DNA of 64,000 bases from assembly GCA_046329495.1 (NCBI GenBank), contig JAXLUO010000016.1, positions 21,499-85,498 of the forward strand, in the 5' to 3' direction. Source of the stretch: Chitinophagales bacterium. GTDB lineage: Bacteria; Bacteroidota; Bacteroidia; Chitinophagales; LD1. A program made the translations under genes and the position numbers. The notes beneath the pieces were generated by a model, which was not told the origin of the DNA, ran no database searches, and saw only the letters and a list, made by a program, of their open reading frames with translations. Below are positions 8,416 to 18,853 of the stretch, piece after piece (the first letter of the stretch is position 1; each line of letters begins with the position of its first letter).

Positions 8416-10815
8416 ATGAAGAAACTTCTACCCTTGCTGCTTGCGCTGTTGCTAACCCAACTGGCCCATGCACAGTATTTTAAAGGCCTGGAGGCCAGCC
8501 CATACGGTGGTGTTACCACGGTGGGCTATAACCCGGCCATTGCCGATAACCGCTTTATTGCCGATATTAATCTGATAGGCGCCGGCTTTAATCTCAGTAA
8601 CAATTATGTAGGTGTAAGCCGCGATGTGGTATTACATCCTAAATCGGTGGATTGGGATAATTTTCAGGATGAATACTTGAAAGAACGCTTAAACGGTAAG
8701 GATAAATACCTGTACACCGCCACTCAAATTCAGGGGCCTTTGTCCTTTATGTTTAGCTGGGGCAAAAAGAAGAACAACAATGCGCTGGCCTTTACCTATA
8801 ACTTTAACAGCGTAACCAACGTTGATAACATCGACCAAACCTTTACCCGTATTGCTTACTACGGTGTAGGTTATAAAGCCGATTCGTTACTGGGTTTCCG
8901 CGGTGCTAATCTTACCGACGAGAACATGTCCATCAAAACCAATACCTGGATAGATTACGGTATCACCTACTCGCGTGTAGTATGGGAAACCGATAAGCAC
9001 ATGATAAAGGTAGGTGGAACTTTAAAATTCATTCAGGGAATTTCCGGTGGCTACGCCTTTGTAAAAGACCTGAAATACCGCTGGGAAGATTACGACACCC
9101 TCTCCATCTTTAAAACACAAGCCGATTATAAATACTCCAAAGGCTTTCTTACTTCGGATGGCTATGCGCCCGGCGACCTGAACAACTTCTATAACAACCT
9201 CATTTCTTTTAAATACGCAACACCTTCGGCTGCAGTTGATTTGGGCATGGTATATGAATGGCGTCCTAACAAGGAGAAATACAAATACCAAATGGATTGT
9301 GAAGACCGCTGGCGTTTCGATAAAAACCGCTACACTTTAGCAGCCGGTTTTTCATTAATCGACTTTGGTGCTATTAACTATAAGAAAGGCGAATATAGCG
9401 GCAACTTCGAAGCCGATATTACCAATTGGGATGTAAAAGGTGCCAAATTCCCTGATGGTGTGAAAAGTTTGGACGATACCATTCGCTCGCGTTTTGTGGT
9501 TACACCCGATCAGTCCACCACCTTCCGTATGTGGCTGCCTACCCGTTTCAATTTCTTTGTTGATTATAACATTGCCTATGGCTTTGGTATTAACGCCAAC
9601 GCCACATTAGCGGTTGATATGAGCAAGCAGCACACCATGCCGCACCATGTTTCATCGTTTACCATCACCCCTAAATTCGACCATAGCTGGTTTGGCTTAT
9701 ACCTGCCTGTTACCTACGATGTAATGGGTAACTTTAGCTGGGGTGCTACCATGCGCTTAGGACCACTAATTGTGGGCGGTGGCGATGTATTGGGTATGCT
9801 GATAAAGAAACATTCATTCGGCACCAACATTCACGTAGGCCTCAAAATCCCTATTCCTTATCATAAAGTGCGCGATCATGATAAGGACGGCGTATCGAAC
9901 CGTAAGGACCTTTGCAAAAAAGAACAAGGCACCTGCGTAACCCACGGATGTCCTGACAAGGACGGCGATGGCGTAAAAGATTCAGAAGATAAGTGCCCTG
10001 AAATTCCGGGTCCGGTTGAATTGGGTGGTTGCCCTGATACCGATAAGGACGGCATTATTGATATCGAAGATAGCTGCGTTTACGATGCGGGTCTGGCTGA
10101 ATTCCACGGCTGCCCTGACCGTGACAGCGACCGCATTATTGATAAACTGGACGAGTGCCCTGATGCACCGGGCGTATTAGCCTTTAACGGTTGCCCGGAT
10201 ACAGATAATGATAGCGTGCCCGATAAGCGTGACCGTTGTCCTGAAGTGCCCGGCGATATCAACCACTTTGGTTGCCCCGATACTGATGGCGACGGCTTGT
10301 ACGATTACGAAGACAAGTGTATACAGGTAAAAGGCCCGAAAGAAAACAACGGTTGCCCTTGGCCTGATACGGATGGCGATGGTGTTTATGATAAAGATGA
10401 CCAATGCCCTAAGATCTTTGGTGTGGCTGAAAACCATGGTTGTCCTCAACTGGAGAAGAAGGAAATTGAAACCGTGAAATACGCGTTCGAGAACCTGGAA
10501 TTTGAAACCGGTAAGGACATTATCCGCAAATCTTCTTATGCCAGTTTAAATGCCCTGGCCGATCTGTTAGTGAAGAAAGCAGGTTACGGTTTACGCATCG
10601 AAGGCCACACCGATAATGTGGGCAGCGACGAAAACAACCTGATCCTTTCCAACAAACGTGCTGTTGCTGTGAAAAACTACCTGAACAAAAAAGGTGTTGA
10701 CATCAATAAGCTGGAAGCTTACGGTTACGGCGAAAGCCGCCCAATTGCTACCAACGATACACCGGAAGGCCGTCAGAAAAACCGCCGTGTAGAAATGACC
10801 ATCACTTTCCGCTAA
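8416..10815 (+). CDS. DUF5723-type outer-membrane barrel + thrombospondin type-3 repeats + OmpA_C domain
   Basis: 799 aa; signal peptide, ~480-aa beta-rich region, seven DxDxDGxxDxxDxC repeats, OmpA motifs IEGHTD and NRRVE. Confidence 0.85.
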   Translation: MKKLLPLLLALLLTQLAHAQYFKGLEASPYGGVTTVGYNPAIADNRFIADINLIGAGFNLSNNYVGVSRDVVLHPKSVDWDNFQDEYLKERLNGKDKYLYTATQIQGPLSFMFSWGKKKNNNALAFTYNFNSVTNVDNIDQTFTRIAYYGVGYKADSLLGFRGANLTDENMSIKTNTWIDYGITYSRVVWETDKHMIKVGGTLKFIQGISGGYAFVKDLKYRWEDYDTLSIFKTQADYKYSKGFLTSDGYAPGDLNNFYNNLISFKYATPSAAVDLGMVYEWRPNKEKYKYQMDCEDRWRFDKNRYTLAAGFSLIDFGAINYKKGEYSGNFEADITNWDVKGAKFPDGVKSLDDTIRSRFVVTPDQSTTFRMWLPTRFNFFVDYNIAYGFGINANATLAVDMSKQHTMPHHVSSFTITPKFDHSWFGLYLPVTYDVMGNFSWGATMRLGPLIVGGGDVLGMLIKKHSFGTNIHVGLKIPIPYHKVRDHDKDGVSNRKDLCKKEQGTCVTHGCPDKDGDGVKDSEDKCPEIPGPVELGGCPDTDKDGIIDIEDSCVYDAGLAEFHGCPDRDSDRIIDKLDECPDAPGVLAFNGCPDTDNDSVPDKRDRCPEVPGDINHFGCPDTDGDGLYDYEDKCIQVKGPKENNGCPWPDTDGDGVYDKDDQCPKIFGVAENHGCPQLEKKEIETVKYAFENLEFETGKDIIRKSSYASLNALADLLVKKAGYGLRIEGHTDNVGSDENNLILSNKRAVAVKNYLNKKGVDINKLEAYGYGESRPIATNDTPEGRQKNRRVEMTITFR

Positions 10816-10835
10816 ACAGCGGAAACCTATAAAAT

Positions 10836-10865
10836 AAAAACAGCCGGCTTAGCCTGGCTGTTTTT
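10836..10865. terminator. Bidirectional intrinsic terminator
   Basis: AAAAACAGCC...GGCTGTTTTT between the convergent OmpA gene and guaB. Confidence 0.75.
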
Positions 10866-10908
10866 GTTTTATAGAAGTGCAGTTCAACGCACCGTTTCAG
10901 TTCCTTAA

Positions 10909-12390
10909 CTACTTGCGCGAATAGTTTGGTGCTTCCTTAGTGATAGATACATCGTGCGGATGGCTTTCTTGTATACCAGCCGAAGTAATACGCACAAAGC
11001 GCGCCTGCTGTAACAGCTTAATATTTTTAGCACCGCAATAACCCATACCGGCACGCAGGCCGCCAATGTATTGGTAAATAACCTCCTGCACGCTGCCTTT
11101 GTAAGGCACACGGCCTACAATACCTTCGGGCACTAATTTCTTAATATCATCTTCCACATCCTGAAAGTAACGGTCCTTGCTGCCTTCCTGCATCGCTTCC
11201 ACCGAACCCATACCGCGGTAGCTCTTAAACTTACGGCCTTCGTAAATAATGGTCTCTCCCGGGCTTTCGTCGGTACCTGCAAAAATACCACCGGCCATTA
11301 CCGTGTCGGCACCGGCTACAATGGCTTTTACAATATCGCCGGTAAAGCGGATACCGCCATCGGCAATAATAGGCACACCGGCTTTTTTACCGGCCTGGCT
11401 GGCTTCGTAGATGGCCGTTAACTGCGGCACGCCTACACCCGCTACAATACGCGTGGTGCAAATAGAGCCCGGACCTACACCCACCTTCACCGCATCTACA
11501 CCCGCATCAATCAACGCTTTAGCGCCTTCGGCTGTAGCTACGTTGCCACCAACAATCTCCAGATTTTTAAAGGTTTGACGGGCCTTTTTAACCGAAGCTA
11601 AAACACCTTTCGAGTGGCCGTGTGCTGTGTCAATACACACCACATCCACACCAACATGCACCAGTGCTTCAATACGCTCCAGCATATCCTTGGTTACGCC
11701 AACGGCCGCACCACATAACAAACGGCCCAACTTATCTTTCGATGAGTTCGGGTTGTTCTTAACCTTCAAAATATCCTTATAAGTAATCAGACCAACCAGT
11801 ACGCCGTTTTTATCGACTACAGGCAGCTTTTCAATCTTATAGTTCTCCAGTATTTTTTCGGCACTCTTTAAGTCAGCACCTTTAGGGGCAGTAATCAACT
11901 TCTCCTTGGTCATTATCTCGGCCACCTTTCGGCTGCGGTTCTTTTCAAAACGCAAATCGCGGTTGGTAAGGATGCCTACTAACTTTTTGTTGGCTGCAAC
12001 AATAGGAATACCCCCAATGCGAAACTCGTTCATCAGTTTCAGGGCTTCGCCTACGGTAGCATCTTCGTGCAGCGTAACAGGGTCGATGATCATGCCGCTA
12101 TCGGCACGCTTAACACGGCGCACCATCTCGGCCTGCTTTTCAATGCTCATGTTTTTATGCATAATGCCTATGCCGCCTTCGCGGGCAATAGCTATAGCCA
12201 TGGCAGTTTCCGTAACGGTATCCATAGCAGCCGAAACAAGCGGCACATTAATGGTTAAGTTGCGGGTAAAACGGGTGCTGATATCAACTTCGCGGGGCAG
12301 GATTTCCGAGAAGGCCGGAACCAATAAAACATCATCAAACGTGATTCCTTCAAAACCGAATTTATCGGCGGGAGTTTTTCTGATTGCCAT
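10909..12390 (-). CDS. guaB: IMP dehydrogenase
   Basis: [12 protein letters not shown] pair, catalytic loop [17 protein letters not shown] and PEGI. ATG at 12390 preferred over the GTG at 12396. Confidence 0.98.
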   Translation of the reverse strand: MAIRKTPADKFGFEGITFDDVLLVPAFSEILPREVDISTRFTRNLTINVPLVSAAMDTVTETAMAIAIAREGGIGIMHKNMSIEKQAEMVRRVKRADSGMIIDPVTLHEDATVGEALKLMNEFRIGGIPIVAANKKLVGILTNRDLRFEKNRSRKVAEIMTKEKLITAPKGADLKSAEKILENYKIEKLPVVDKNGVLVGLITYKDILKVKNNPNSSKDKLGRLLCGAAVGVTKDMLERIEALVHVGVDVVCIDTAHGHSKGVLASVKKARQTFKNLEIVGGNVATAEGAKALIDAGVDAVKVGVGPGSICTTRIVAGVGVPQLTAIYEASQAGKKAGVPIIADGGIRFTGDIVKAIVAGADTVMAGGIFAGTDESPGETIIYEGRKFKSYRGMGSVEAMQEGSKDRYFQDVEDDIKKLVPEGIVGRVPYKGSVQEVIYQYIGGLRAGMGYCGAKNIKLLQQARFVRITSAGIQESHPHDVSITKEAPNYSRK

Positions 12391-12506
12391 GTGCAAACCT
12401 ACTCCAAAATCAGAAATTTCAAAACACCATTTCCCGCCTTATATACCAAAACCATCAATTATCTTCGGGTCTGGTGAACAATCCTCCTTCCCACCCGCTT
12501 GCTGCT

Positions 12507-13334
12507 ATGCTCAACTTCCTGCGCCAACACCCCGTGCTGAATACAGTCCTGGTGCTTGGGTATTTTGTGTTCATACTGCTGATGCATAACCCGCTGGTGC
12601 ACCTCTCTATCTGGGTAGAAGCGCACCTAAGTCTGGCGCTTTATAATAAGGTAACTATCATCATCTATTTACTTACCCTGTTCACCATTGCATTTACCCT
12701 GCGCAGCCGGTTGCGTGTGTATCCTCAAAATCTTCCCCGCAAGGTGTTTTACCTCTTTGGCATTGCACTGCTTATTGCCCTGCACGCCAAATTTATGTTC
12801 GAAAAGAACATCGAAATCATCCACTCGCTGGAGTTCACCATCCTGGCTTTCCTGCTATTTCCCTTAGCAGGCACCTTTGGCGGCGCCGTTTTTTTCTGCC
12901 TGCCTTTTTTGCTGATAGATGAATGGTATCAATACATCTATCTGTATCCCGATTGGAACGACTATATGGACCTGAACGATATTGTAATGGACCTGCACGG
13001 TGCCGCCTTAATGATGCTGGCTTTAATGATTGCAGGTATTACAGCCTTTCAAACAGCACAACCATTTTGGAAACGGCGCGAGTTTCTTGGCCTAATCTTA
13101 TTGTTGCTGTTGGTTATCGGAGCACTCTCCACCTGTTACCTTGCTCCCTATGCCGATACCGCCTGCAGCAATACCGTTTTTCTGTTCAACGAACACGCCG
13201 GTCCCGAGCCTTTCTTCCGTATCAGTGCCGGCAGTGGCACAAGCTTTCATGTAATGAAACCCTACGAAGGCATTGTGGTGATTACTGCAGTGGTATTGTT
13301 TTACTTTGGCTTAGATGGCTACTTTTTCAAATAG
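12507..13334 (+). CDS. Multi-pass membrane protein, VanZ-like segment
   Basis: Start moved to MLNFLRQ; several TM helices; IHSLEF..LAFL, IDEWYQY and DLNDIVMDLHG resemble the VanZ H/E-Q/D motifs. Confidence 0.6.
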   Translation: MLNFLRQHPVLNTVLVLGYFVFILLMHNPLVHLSIWVEAHLSLALYNKVTIIIYLLTLFTIAFTLRSRLRVYPQNLPRKVFYLFGIALLIALHAKFMFEKNIEIIHSLEFTILAFLLFPLAGTFGGAVFFCLPFLLIDEWYQYIYLYPDWNDYMDLNDIVMDLHGAALMMLALMIAGITAFQTAQPFWKRREFLGLILLLLLVIGALSTCYLAPYADTACSNTVFLFNEHAGPEPFFRISAGSGTSFHVMKPYEGIVVITAVVLFYFGLDGYFFK

Positions 13335-13603
13335 CTGTTAATGGCTTCCACGTATTGCTCAAAGGCCACTACGCCCTTTTTCGTGATCTTACAGGTAGTA
13401 AGCGGATAATTACCCCTAAACGATTTCTCTATTACAATGTAACCCGCTTCATACAGTTTCTGCAACTGCACACTCAGGTTGCCTGCCGTAGCCCCCGTTT
13501 TTTCTTTCAAAAAACTGAACTCCGCCTCCTTTACACCTACCAGCAGCGATACCACGGCCAGGCGTAATTCAGAATGCAATAAGGGGTCCAGCGGTTTAAA
13601 CAT
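13319..13603 (-). CDS. Winged-helix DNA-binding protein (HTH_34, MarR/ArsR-like)
   Basis: MFKPLDPLLHSELRLAVVSLL...TGATAGNLSVQLQKLYEAGYI...T.KG..AF..Y; start overlaps the upstream stop by 8 nt. Confidence 0.9.
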   Translation of the reverse strand: MFKPLDPLLHSELRLAVVSLLVGVKEAEFSFLKEKTGATAGNLSVQLQKLYEAGYIVIEKSFRGNYPLTTCKITKKGVVAFEQYVEAINSYLKK

Positions 13604-14186
13604 GTTCTTCGGCTTTGGCAGCGCGGCGCAAAATAAGTCCGGGAATGATGTATCCCATAAAAGTAGCCGCAGCATTAATCAACAGTTGGTTCAGCGGCGA
13701 TACAAAATCGGCACCAATAGCCCCCAACCACAATATCATGCCCCCTGCAATCAACGATTTTGCCTTCAGCGCTGTCCCCGATACAAACGTGCCCAAACCT
13801 GCCAGTAACAACACATAAGGAATTGGTGATTGCTCAGCCCGCACGCTGAAAAATATCACCAGAAATAAAGCCACGCCTATGCCGGCCCATAAGTAGCCAA
13901 ATACGATGTCTACATAGGTTTTAACCCGTTCGGCTTTGCTTTTACGCCATTCGTAAAAAAAGGCGGCAGGCATACCCACCAAAGGCATTACCATCCAGGG
14001 CCAAAAATTATTTACCATTTCGTGCAGCGCCATGTAATATTGCCCCAAACTGGCGGCAATTACCAATACGCCCCACAGTAAAAAATGAAAGCCGTCGTCG
14101 CTAATCTTGTTCTTAGCCTGGGCTATCATGCTTTGAATAATCTGCATGCTCTGGGCATGGCTCAAGTTCGTTTCCTGATTTTCCAT
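13596..14186 (-). CDS. Membrane protein coupled to the wHTH regulator
   Basis: 196 aa with about six hydrophobic segments and an N-terminal LS..ESL.II..MI-like motif; translationally coupled to the regulator. Confidence 0.8.
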   Translation of the reverse strand: MENQETNLSHAQSMQIIQSMIAQAKNKISDDGFHFLLWGVLVIAASLGQYYMALHEMVNNFWPWMVMPLVGMPAAFFYEWRKSKAERVKTYVDIVFGYLWAGIGVALFLVIFFSVRAEQSPIPYVLLLAGLGTFVSGTALKAKSLIAGGMILWLGAIGADFVSPLNQLLINAAATFMGYIIPGLILRRAAKAEEHV

Positions 14187-14295
14187 AACTGCTGAGATTG
14201 CTTTGTTTATAAACTTGACGCAAATATAAACTGGTTTATTTTATAAACTGAAATATTTTAACAAAAAATCCTGTAATCAGGCTTTAAAGGCAGCC

Positions 14296-14649
14296 TTACT
14301 TGTAAAGGGTATTCACTACATCCAGGTTGTCATTCAACTCCAGATACCGGTCGCGCGCTATAAGCGTATAGTATAGAACAAAGAAAGGGATAAACAGCTT
14401 GTAAGGCTTATTAAAGGCAAAGCTGTTAAGACTATAAATCAGTTGCTGATCCTCAGCAATGGTAAACTGCACTTCTTTGCTGCTGCACCAATCAATCCGG
14501 GCCTGCAGTGTATGGGTACCAGGCTTTACCATAAAGTTTTGCTTCTCACCGTTCTTTACAACGCCTACTTCTACACCATCTAAAATTATACGGATTCCAC
14601 GCAGGCGGTTCGTCCACTCCCGCGAGCGTTTTACTAAAACTGTAGTCAT
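14296..14649 (-). CDS. Small hypothetical protein (Ig/PEGA-like beta domain + hydrophobic C-terminus)
   Basis: 117 aa; I.LDG..VG.VKNGE...F.VKPGTHTLQARIDW pattern. Confidence 0.7.
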   Translation of the reverse strand: MTTVLVKRSREWTNRLRGIRIILDGVEVGVVKNGEKQNFMVKPGTHTLQARIDWCSSKEVQFTIAEDQQLIYSLNSFAFNKPYKLFIPFFVLYYTLIARDRYLELNDNLDVVNTLYK

Positions 14650-14717
14650 GCCGGGTCTTTGCTCAAAAATAAAAGCAGCGCAGTAATTATAAAGCGTATC
14701 GGTAATTTTCTTTATCC

Positions 14718-15794
14718 CTATTTAGGTGCTTTTTTCAACAGGTAAAAAGCCATACCTGCAAAAATTACATTGGGTATCCATACAGCTACCAGCGGAGGCA
14801 GCGATGCATTAGTGGCAAACGTAATGGAGAACTTCATAATAATCTCGTAAACGGCACTCAGCGCTATGCCCAGCACCAAATGCCAGCCTAAGCCCCCCCG
14901 CATACGCCGTGAGGCCACACTTACACCTATCAATGTAAGAATATAGATGCTGAATGCCGAAGCAGTACGACGGTAACGCTCCACTTCATAAAATTCAATA
15001 TCCGGTTGCCCCGATTGATACATGTATTGGATGTATTCCTTCAACTGCGGCGTGGTCATCTCTTCTTTCAGGTGCTGCGTAAACGAAAAGTCTTCCGGCT
15101 TAAACGGAAAAACCGTATCCAGCGAAGTGCCGGTATGTAGCACATCCTGTGTGCCATGCATTTCGCGCGTATAATAATTGGTAATATGCCAGCGCTTGGT
15201 TCCTTTGTTCCAGTTAATGCGCTCCGAACGAAGTTTAAACACCAGCTTGCCTTTCTCAAACTTGTCTATCGAAAACTTATAGCCGGTGCCATCCGTTGGC
15301 TTGTAATTCTCCAGATAAACAATAGTACCCGGCGCTACGGTGCGATGAAAGTTAAAGCCTATCCCCTCAAACGGTTTGCTTACATACTTATGTTCAAAAA
15401 TGTTGCGCTGTACATTGGCATAGGGCACAAAATAGTTGTTACCTAAAAAAAAGGCAAAGGCAATAACACTGGCGCCAACAAAGTAAGGCCATAGCATACG
15501 GTAAAAGCTGGTACCGCTGTTAAGTATGGCTATTATCTCCGATCGGTTGGCTAACTGCGAGGTAAAAAAGATCACCGAAACTAATACAAAGAAGGGACCG
15601 ATCATCGAAGTAATGAATAGTATAAAGTAGAGGAAGTAATCAAACACTACTACCTTAACGGTGGCGTGGTTCTCTACAAAGCCGTCAATTTTTTCGCTCA
15701 GGTCAATAACAATGGTAATACACAGCAAAAGCGCCATGATGAACACAAAGGTGCCCAGGAACTTTTTAAGTATGTACCAATCCAACTTTTTCAT
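14718..15794 (-). CDS. LptF/LptG family LPS export permease
   Basis: 358 aa; MKKLDWYILKKFLGTF, SEIIAILNSG.S, six-TM layout, C-terminal WIPN; follows tgt as is typical in Bacteroidota. Confidence 0.9.
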   Translation of the reverse strand: MKKLDWYILKKFLGTFVFIMALLLCITIVIDLSEKIDGFVENHATVKVVVFDYFLYFILFITSMIGPFFVLVSVIFFTSQLANRSEIIAILNSGTSFYRMLWPYFVGASVIAFAFFLGNNYFVPYANVQRNIFEHKYVSKPFEGIGFNFHRTVAPGTIVYLENYKPTDGTGYKFSIDKFEKGKLVFKLRSERINWNKGTKRWHITNYYTREMHGTQDVLHTGTSLDTVFPFKPEDFSFTQHLKEEMTTPQLKEYIQYMYQSGQPDIEFYEVERYRRTASAFSIYILTLIGVSVASRRMRGGLGWHLVLGIALSAVYEIIMKFSITFATNASLPPLVAVWIPNVIFAGMAFYLLKKAPK

Positions 15795-15796
15795 GC

Positions 15797-16927
15797 CTAC
15801 AGGCGCGTCATTAATTTTTGCACCATTTCCTTTTTCCAGGTGCTAAACGTTCCTTCCAGTATTTTCTTGCGTGCCTCGCGGCTTAACCACAAATAAAGGC
15901 TCAGGTTATTTACCGAAGCTATCTGGGCTCCCAGCATTTCGCCGGTATGCACCAGGTGGCGCAAAAAGGCCTTGCTGTGGTGGCGCACCAACTCGCAATC
16001 GCTTTCCGCATCAATCGGCGAAAAGTCGTCCTTCCACTTTTCGTTCTTTATATTAATAATGCCATTGCGGGTAAACAGCATGCCGTTGCGTGCATTGCGG
16101 GTAGGCATCACACAGTCAAACATATCTACGCCCAGCGCAATGCCCTCTAATATATTGGCGGGCGTTCCTACGCCCATCAGGTAACGGGGTTTATCGGCCG
16201 GTAAAATACCGCATACCAGTTCCGTCATTTCATACATCTCTTCATCAGGCTCACCAACCGATAGTCCGCCGATGGCATTGCCATCCATACCCTGCTCGGC
16301 AATAAACTCCGCCGATTGTTTGCGCAACTCCCGATATACACTGCCCTGCACAATGGGGAACAAGGTTTGCTCGTAGCCATACAAGCCTTCTGTTTCCTTA
16401 AACCGCTTAATGCAACGTTGCAGCCAGCGGTGGGTTAAGTCCATACTGGTTTTGGCATACTTCATTTCGCAGGGGTACGAGGTGCATTCATCAAAGGCCA
16501 TCATTATATCGGCGCCAATCTTGCGCTGTATATCCATTACTCCCTCGGGCGAAAACAGGTGCTTGCTGCCATCTATATGCGAGCGGAACTCCACTCCTTC
16601 TTCGCGTATCTTACGGATATCGCTTAGCGAATGTACCTGATAGCCGCCGCTATCGGTAAGTATGGGGCGGTCCCAACCATTAAATTTGTGTAAGCCACCT
16701 GCTTTTTCCAGCACGGTTGTGCCGGGGCGCAGATACAGGTGGTAGGTATTGCCTAAAATAATCTGGGCATTCAGGTCGTGCTTCAACTCACTCATATGCA
16801 CGGCCTTAACGGCCCCCAGCGTGCCTACCGGCATAAATACAGGGGTTTCAATTTTACCGTGGGCCGTGGTTATTTCGCCGGCACGTGCGCGGGTTTCCTT
16901 ATCGGTTGCTTGTAACTGGAACTTCAT
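15797..16927 (-). CDS. tgt: tRNA-guanine transglycosylase
   Basis: Start moved to MKFQLQ. TPVFMPVGT, NTYHL, LTDSGGYQ, GGLSVGE, DCVMPTRNARNG and the zinc-site region. Confidence 0.97.
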   Translation of the reverse strand: MKFQLQATDKETRARAGEITTAHGKIETPVFMPVGTLGAVKAVHMSELKHDLNAQIILGNTYHLYLRPGTTVLEKAGGLHKFNGWDRPILTDSGGYQVHSLSDIRKIREEGVEFRSHIDGSKHLFSPEGVMDIQRKIGADIMMAFDECTSYPCEMKYAKTSMDLTHRWLQRCIKRFKETEGLYGYEQTLFPIVQGSVYRELRKQSAEFIAEQGMDGNAIGGLSVGEPDEEMYEMTELVCGILPADKPRYLMGVGTPANILEGIALGVDMFDCVMPTRNARNGMLFTRNGIINIKNEKWKDDFSPIDAESDCELVRHHSKAFLRHLVHTGEMLGAQIASVNNLSLYLWLSREARKKILEGTFSTWKKEMVQKLMTRL

Positions 16928-17152
16928 TGGCGGGCGAAGATAATTAAAGTACCCGCTTAGGGCTAAAAGGCCATTTTTACTGACAGGTACCCGATCTTTC
17001 ACTTCCTTTCCTTATGGCTTTGCATAAAACCATACTCATTCTGCACCTATCCATCCCGCCTTTTATTTTCTTTTCTTCCTTCTTCGCGGCTTTGTGTAAA
17101 ACCTTGTTGCTCTTCAAGGTGCTTCGTCATTTTAACTTCATGGCCGAAAAAT

Positions 17153-17160
17153 TATTTTCG
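17153..17160 (+). promoter_or_regulatory. -7 promoter box for pgk
   Basis: TATTTTCG (variant of TAnnTTTG) 23 nt upstream of the ATG. Confidence 0.5.
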
Positions 17161-17183
17161 CAGCCTTATCCAAAACAAGGAAG

Positions 17184-18401
17184 ATGAAAACGGTTGACAA
17201 CTACAATTTTGCCGGTAAACGCGCGCTTATCCGGGTAGACTTTAACGTGCCATTAGATAAAAAGACTTTTGCCGTTACCGATGATACCCGCATTAAAGCC
17301 GCTGTGCCTACCATCCAAAAGATATTGAAAGATGGGGGCAGTGTGGTGCTGATGAGTCACCTGGGCCGCCCTTTGAAGAAGCTGAAAGAAGATGGCACCG
17401 TTGATTACGAAAAACATTCCCTGAAACATATTGTTGCTCGTACCGCTGAACTGTTGGGCCGCGAAGTAAAGTTTGCAACCGACTGCGTTAGCGACGAAGC
17501 TTTTGCTTTATCTGCTGCTTTAAAACCCGGCGAAGTATTGCTGCTGGAAAACCTGCGTTTTTACAAGGAAGAAGAAAAAGGCGATGCCGGCTTTGCTGAA
17601 AAACTGAGCAAGCACGGCGATGTGTATGTAAACGATGCCTTCGGTACCGCACACCGCGCCCATGCTTCTACTACTATAGTGGCCAACTACTACAGCGCCG
17701 ATAACAAAATGTTCGGCTATGTGATGGCAAACGAAGTGGCCAGCGCCAATAAAGTGCTGAAGGGTGCCGAAAAACCTTTCACCGCCATACTGGGTGGTGC
17801 TAAGGTTAGCGACAAGATCCTCATCATCGAGAATCTTTTAAACGTTGCCGACAATATTTTGATCGGTGGCGGTATGGCCTATACTTTCTTTAAAGCACAG
17901 GGCGGCACCATCGGCAACTCGCTGGTGGAAGAGGATAAACTGGAACTGGCCCTGCAACTTATTGAAAAGGCCGAAGCCAAAGGTGTTAACCTGTTATTAC
18001 CGGTTGATAGTGTACTCGCCGATAAGTTTGATGCAGTCGCCAATACATCGGTAGCCGATAGCAACGCCATCCCCGATGGCTGGATGGGCTTAGATATTGC
18101 CGAAAAAGCCGTAAAAGATTTCAGCAACGTAATATTGAACAGCAAAACCATTTTGTGGAACGGCCCTATGGGTGTGTTCGAAATGGAGAAGTTCCAGAAG
18201 GGAACCGTAGCTATTGCCAACGCAGTAGCCGAAGCAACAGCCAAAGGTGCCTTTAGCCTGGTTGGCGGCGGCGATAGCGTTGCAGCCGTTAACCAATTCG
18301 GACTGGCCGATAAAGTTAGCTATGTAAGCACCGGCGGCGGCGCCATGCTGGAATACTTTGAAGGCAAAGAACTACCTGGCATTAAAGCCATCGAAGGCTG
18401 A
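17184..18401 (+). CDS. pgk: Phosphoglycerate kinase
   Basis: [56 protein letters not shown]. Confidence 0.99.
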   Translation: MKTVDNYNFAGKRALIRVDFNVPLDKKTFAVTDDTRIKAAVPTIQKILKDGGSVVLMSHLGRPLKKLKEDGTVDYEKHSLKHIVARTAELLGREVKFATDCVSDEAFALSAALKPGEVLLLENLRFYKEEEKGDAGFAEKLSKHGDVYVNDAFGTAHRAHASTTIVANYYSADNKMFGYVMANEVASANKVLKGAEKPFTAILGGAKVSDKILIIENLLNVADNILIGGGMAYTFFKAQGGTIGNSLVEEDKLELALQLIEKAEAKGVNLLLPVDSVLADKFDAVANTSVADSNAIPDGWMGLDIAEKAVKDFSNVILNSKTILWNGPMGVFEMEKFQKGTVAIANAVAEATAKGAFSLVGGGDSVAAVNQFGLADKVSYVSTGGGAMLEYFEGKELPGIKAIEG

Positions 18402-18430
18402 GCCTCCTGTTTTAGCAGCCTATATATATA

Positions 18431-18469
18431 GAAGGCCTGTTCTGCAAAATTAGCGGAACAGGCCTTTTT
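18431..18469 (+). terminator. Intrinsic terminator of pgk
   Basis: GAAGGCCTGTTCTGC...GCGGAACAGGCCTTTTT. Confidence 0.85.
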
Positions 18470-18620
18470 AACATTTGTAATTTGGAATATTGTTTCTTAT
18501 TTACTTATTTTTGTAGACAATGAGCAGTGTCAGCACAACAACGTCCTTTTACCGGACCGGCACCTTACTGTCGGGTAGAGAAGCTATGCCGGCAATAGCT
18601 CACATCAATATTTTTACAAT

Positions 18621-18775
18621 TTGTGCACTTGAAAATCAACTGCACAAATCTGCACAAATGCAAAAAAGCCTAAAGTATAAACAGGCCATTTTACCCCGTT
18701 TTAACACAAAAAACCATCATATGAAAAATTCTGTTACTTGTGCACAAGCTGAAAAGTGCACAAGCATGCACAAGT
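18621..18775. repeat. TGCACAA repeats: 10-bp-phased dimers plus a palindrome
   Basis: TGCACAA at 18641, 18651, 18741, 18757 and 18767; CTTGTGCACAAG palindrome at 18737-18748. Confidence 0.8.
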
Positions 18776-18853
18776 AGCGGTGGATAACGTACGGAAGAAT
18801 AGGAAGAGGATGACCTGCTTTTGTTGTCCGATCCCTTTAAGGCAGGGTACTGT

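Noticed and set aside
11906-12589. 227-aa plus-strand ORF, and similar long antisense ORFs within pgk, gyrB, tgt and the proteases
   Set aside because: Shadow frames of strongly conserved genes on the opposite strand, with no recognisable domains.
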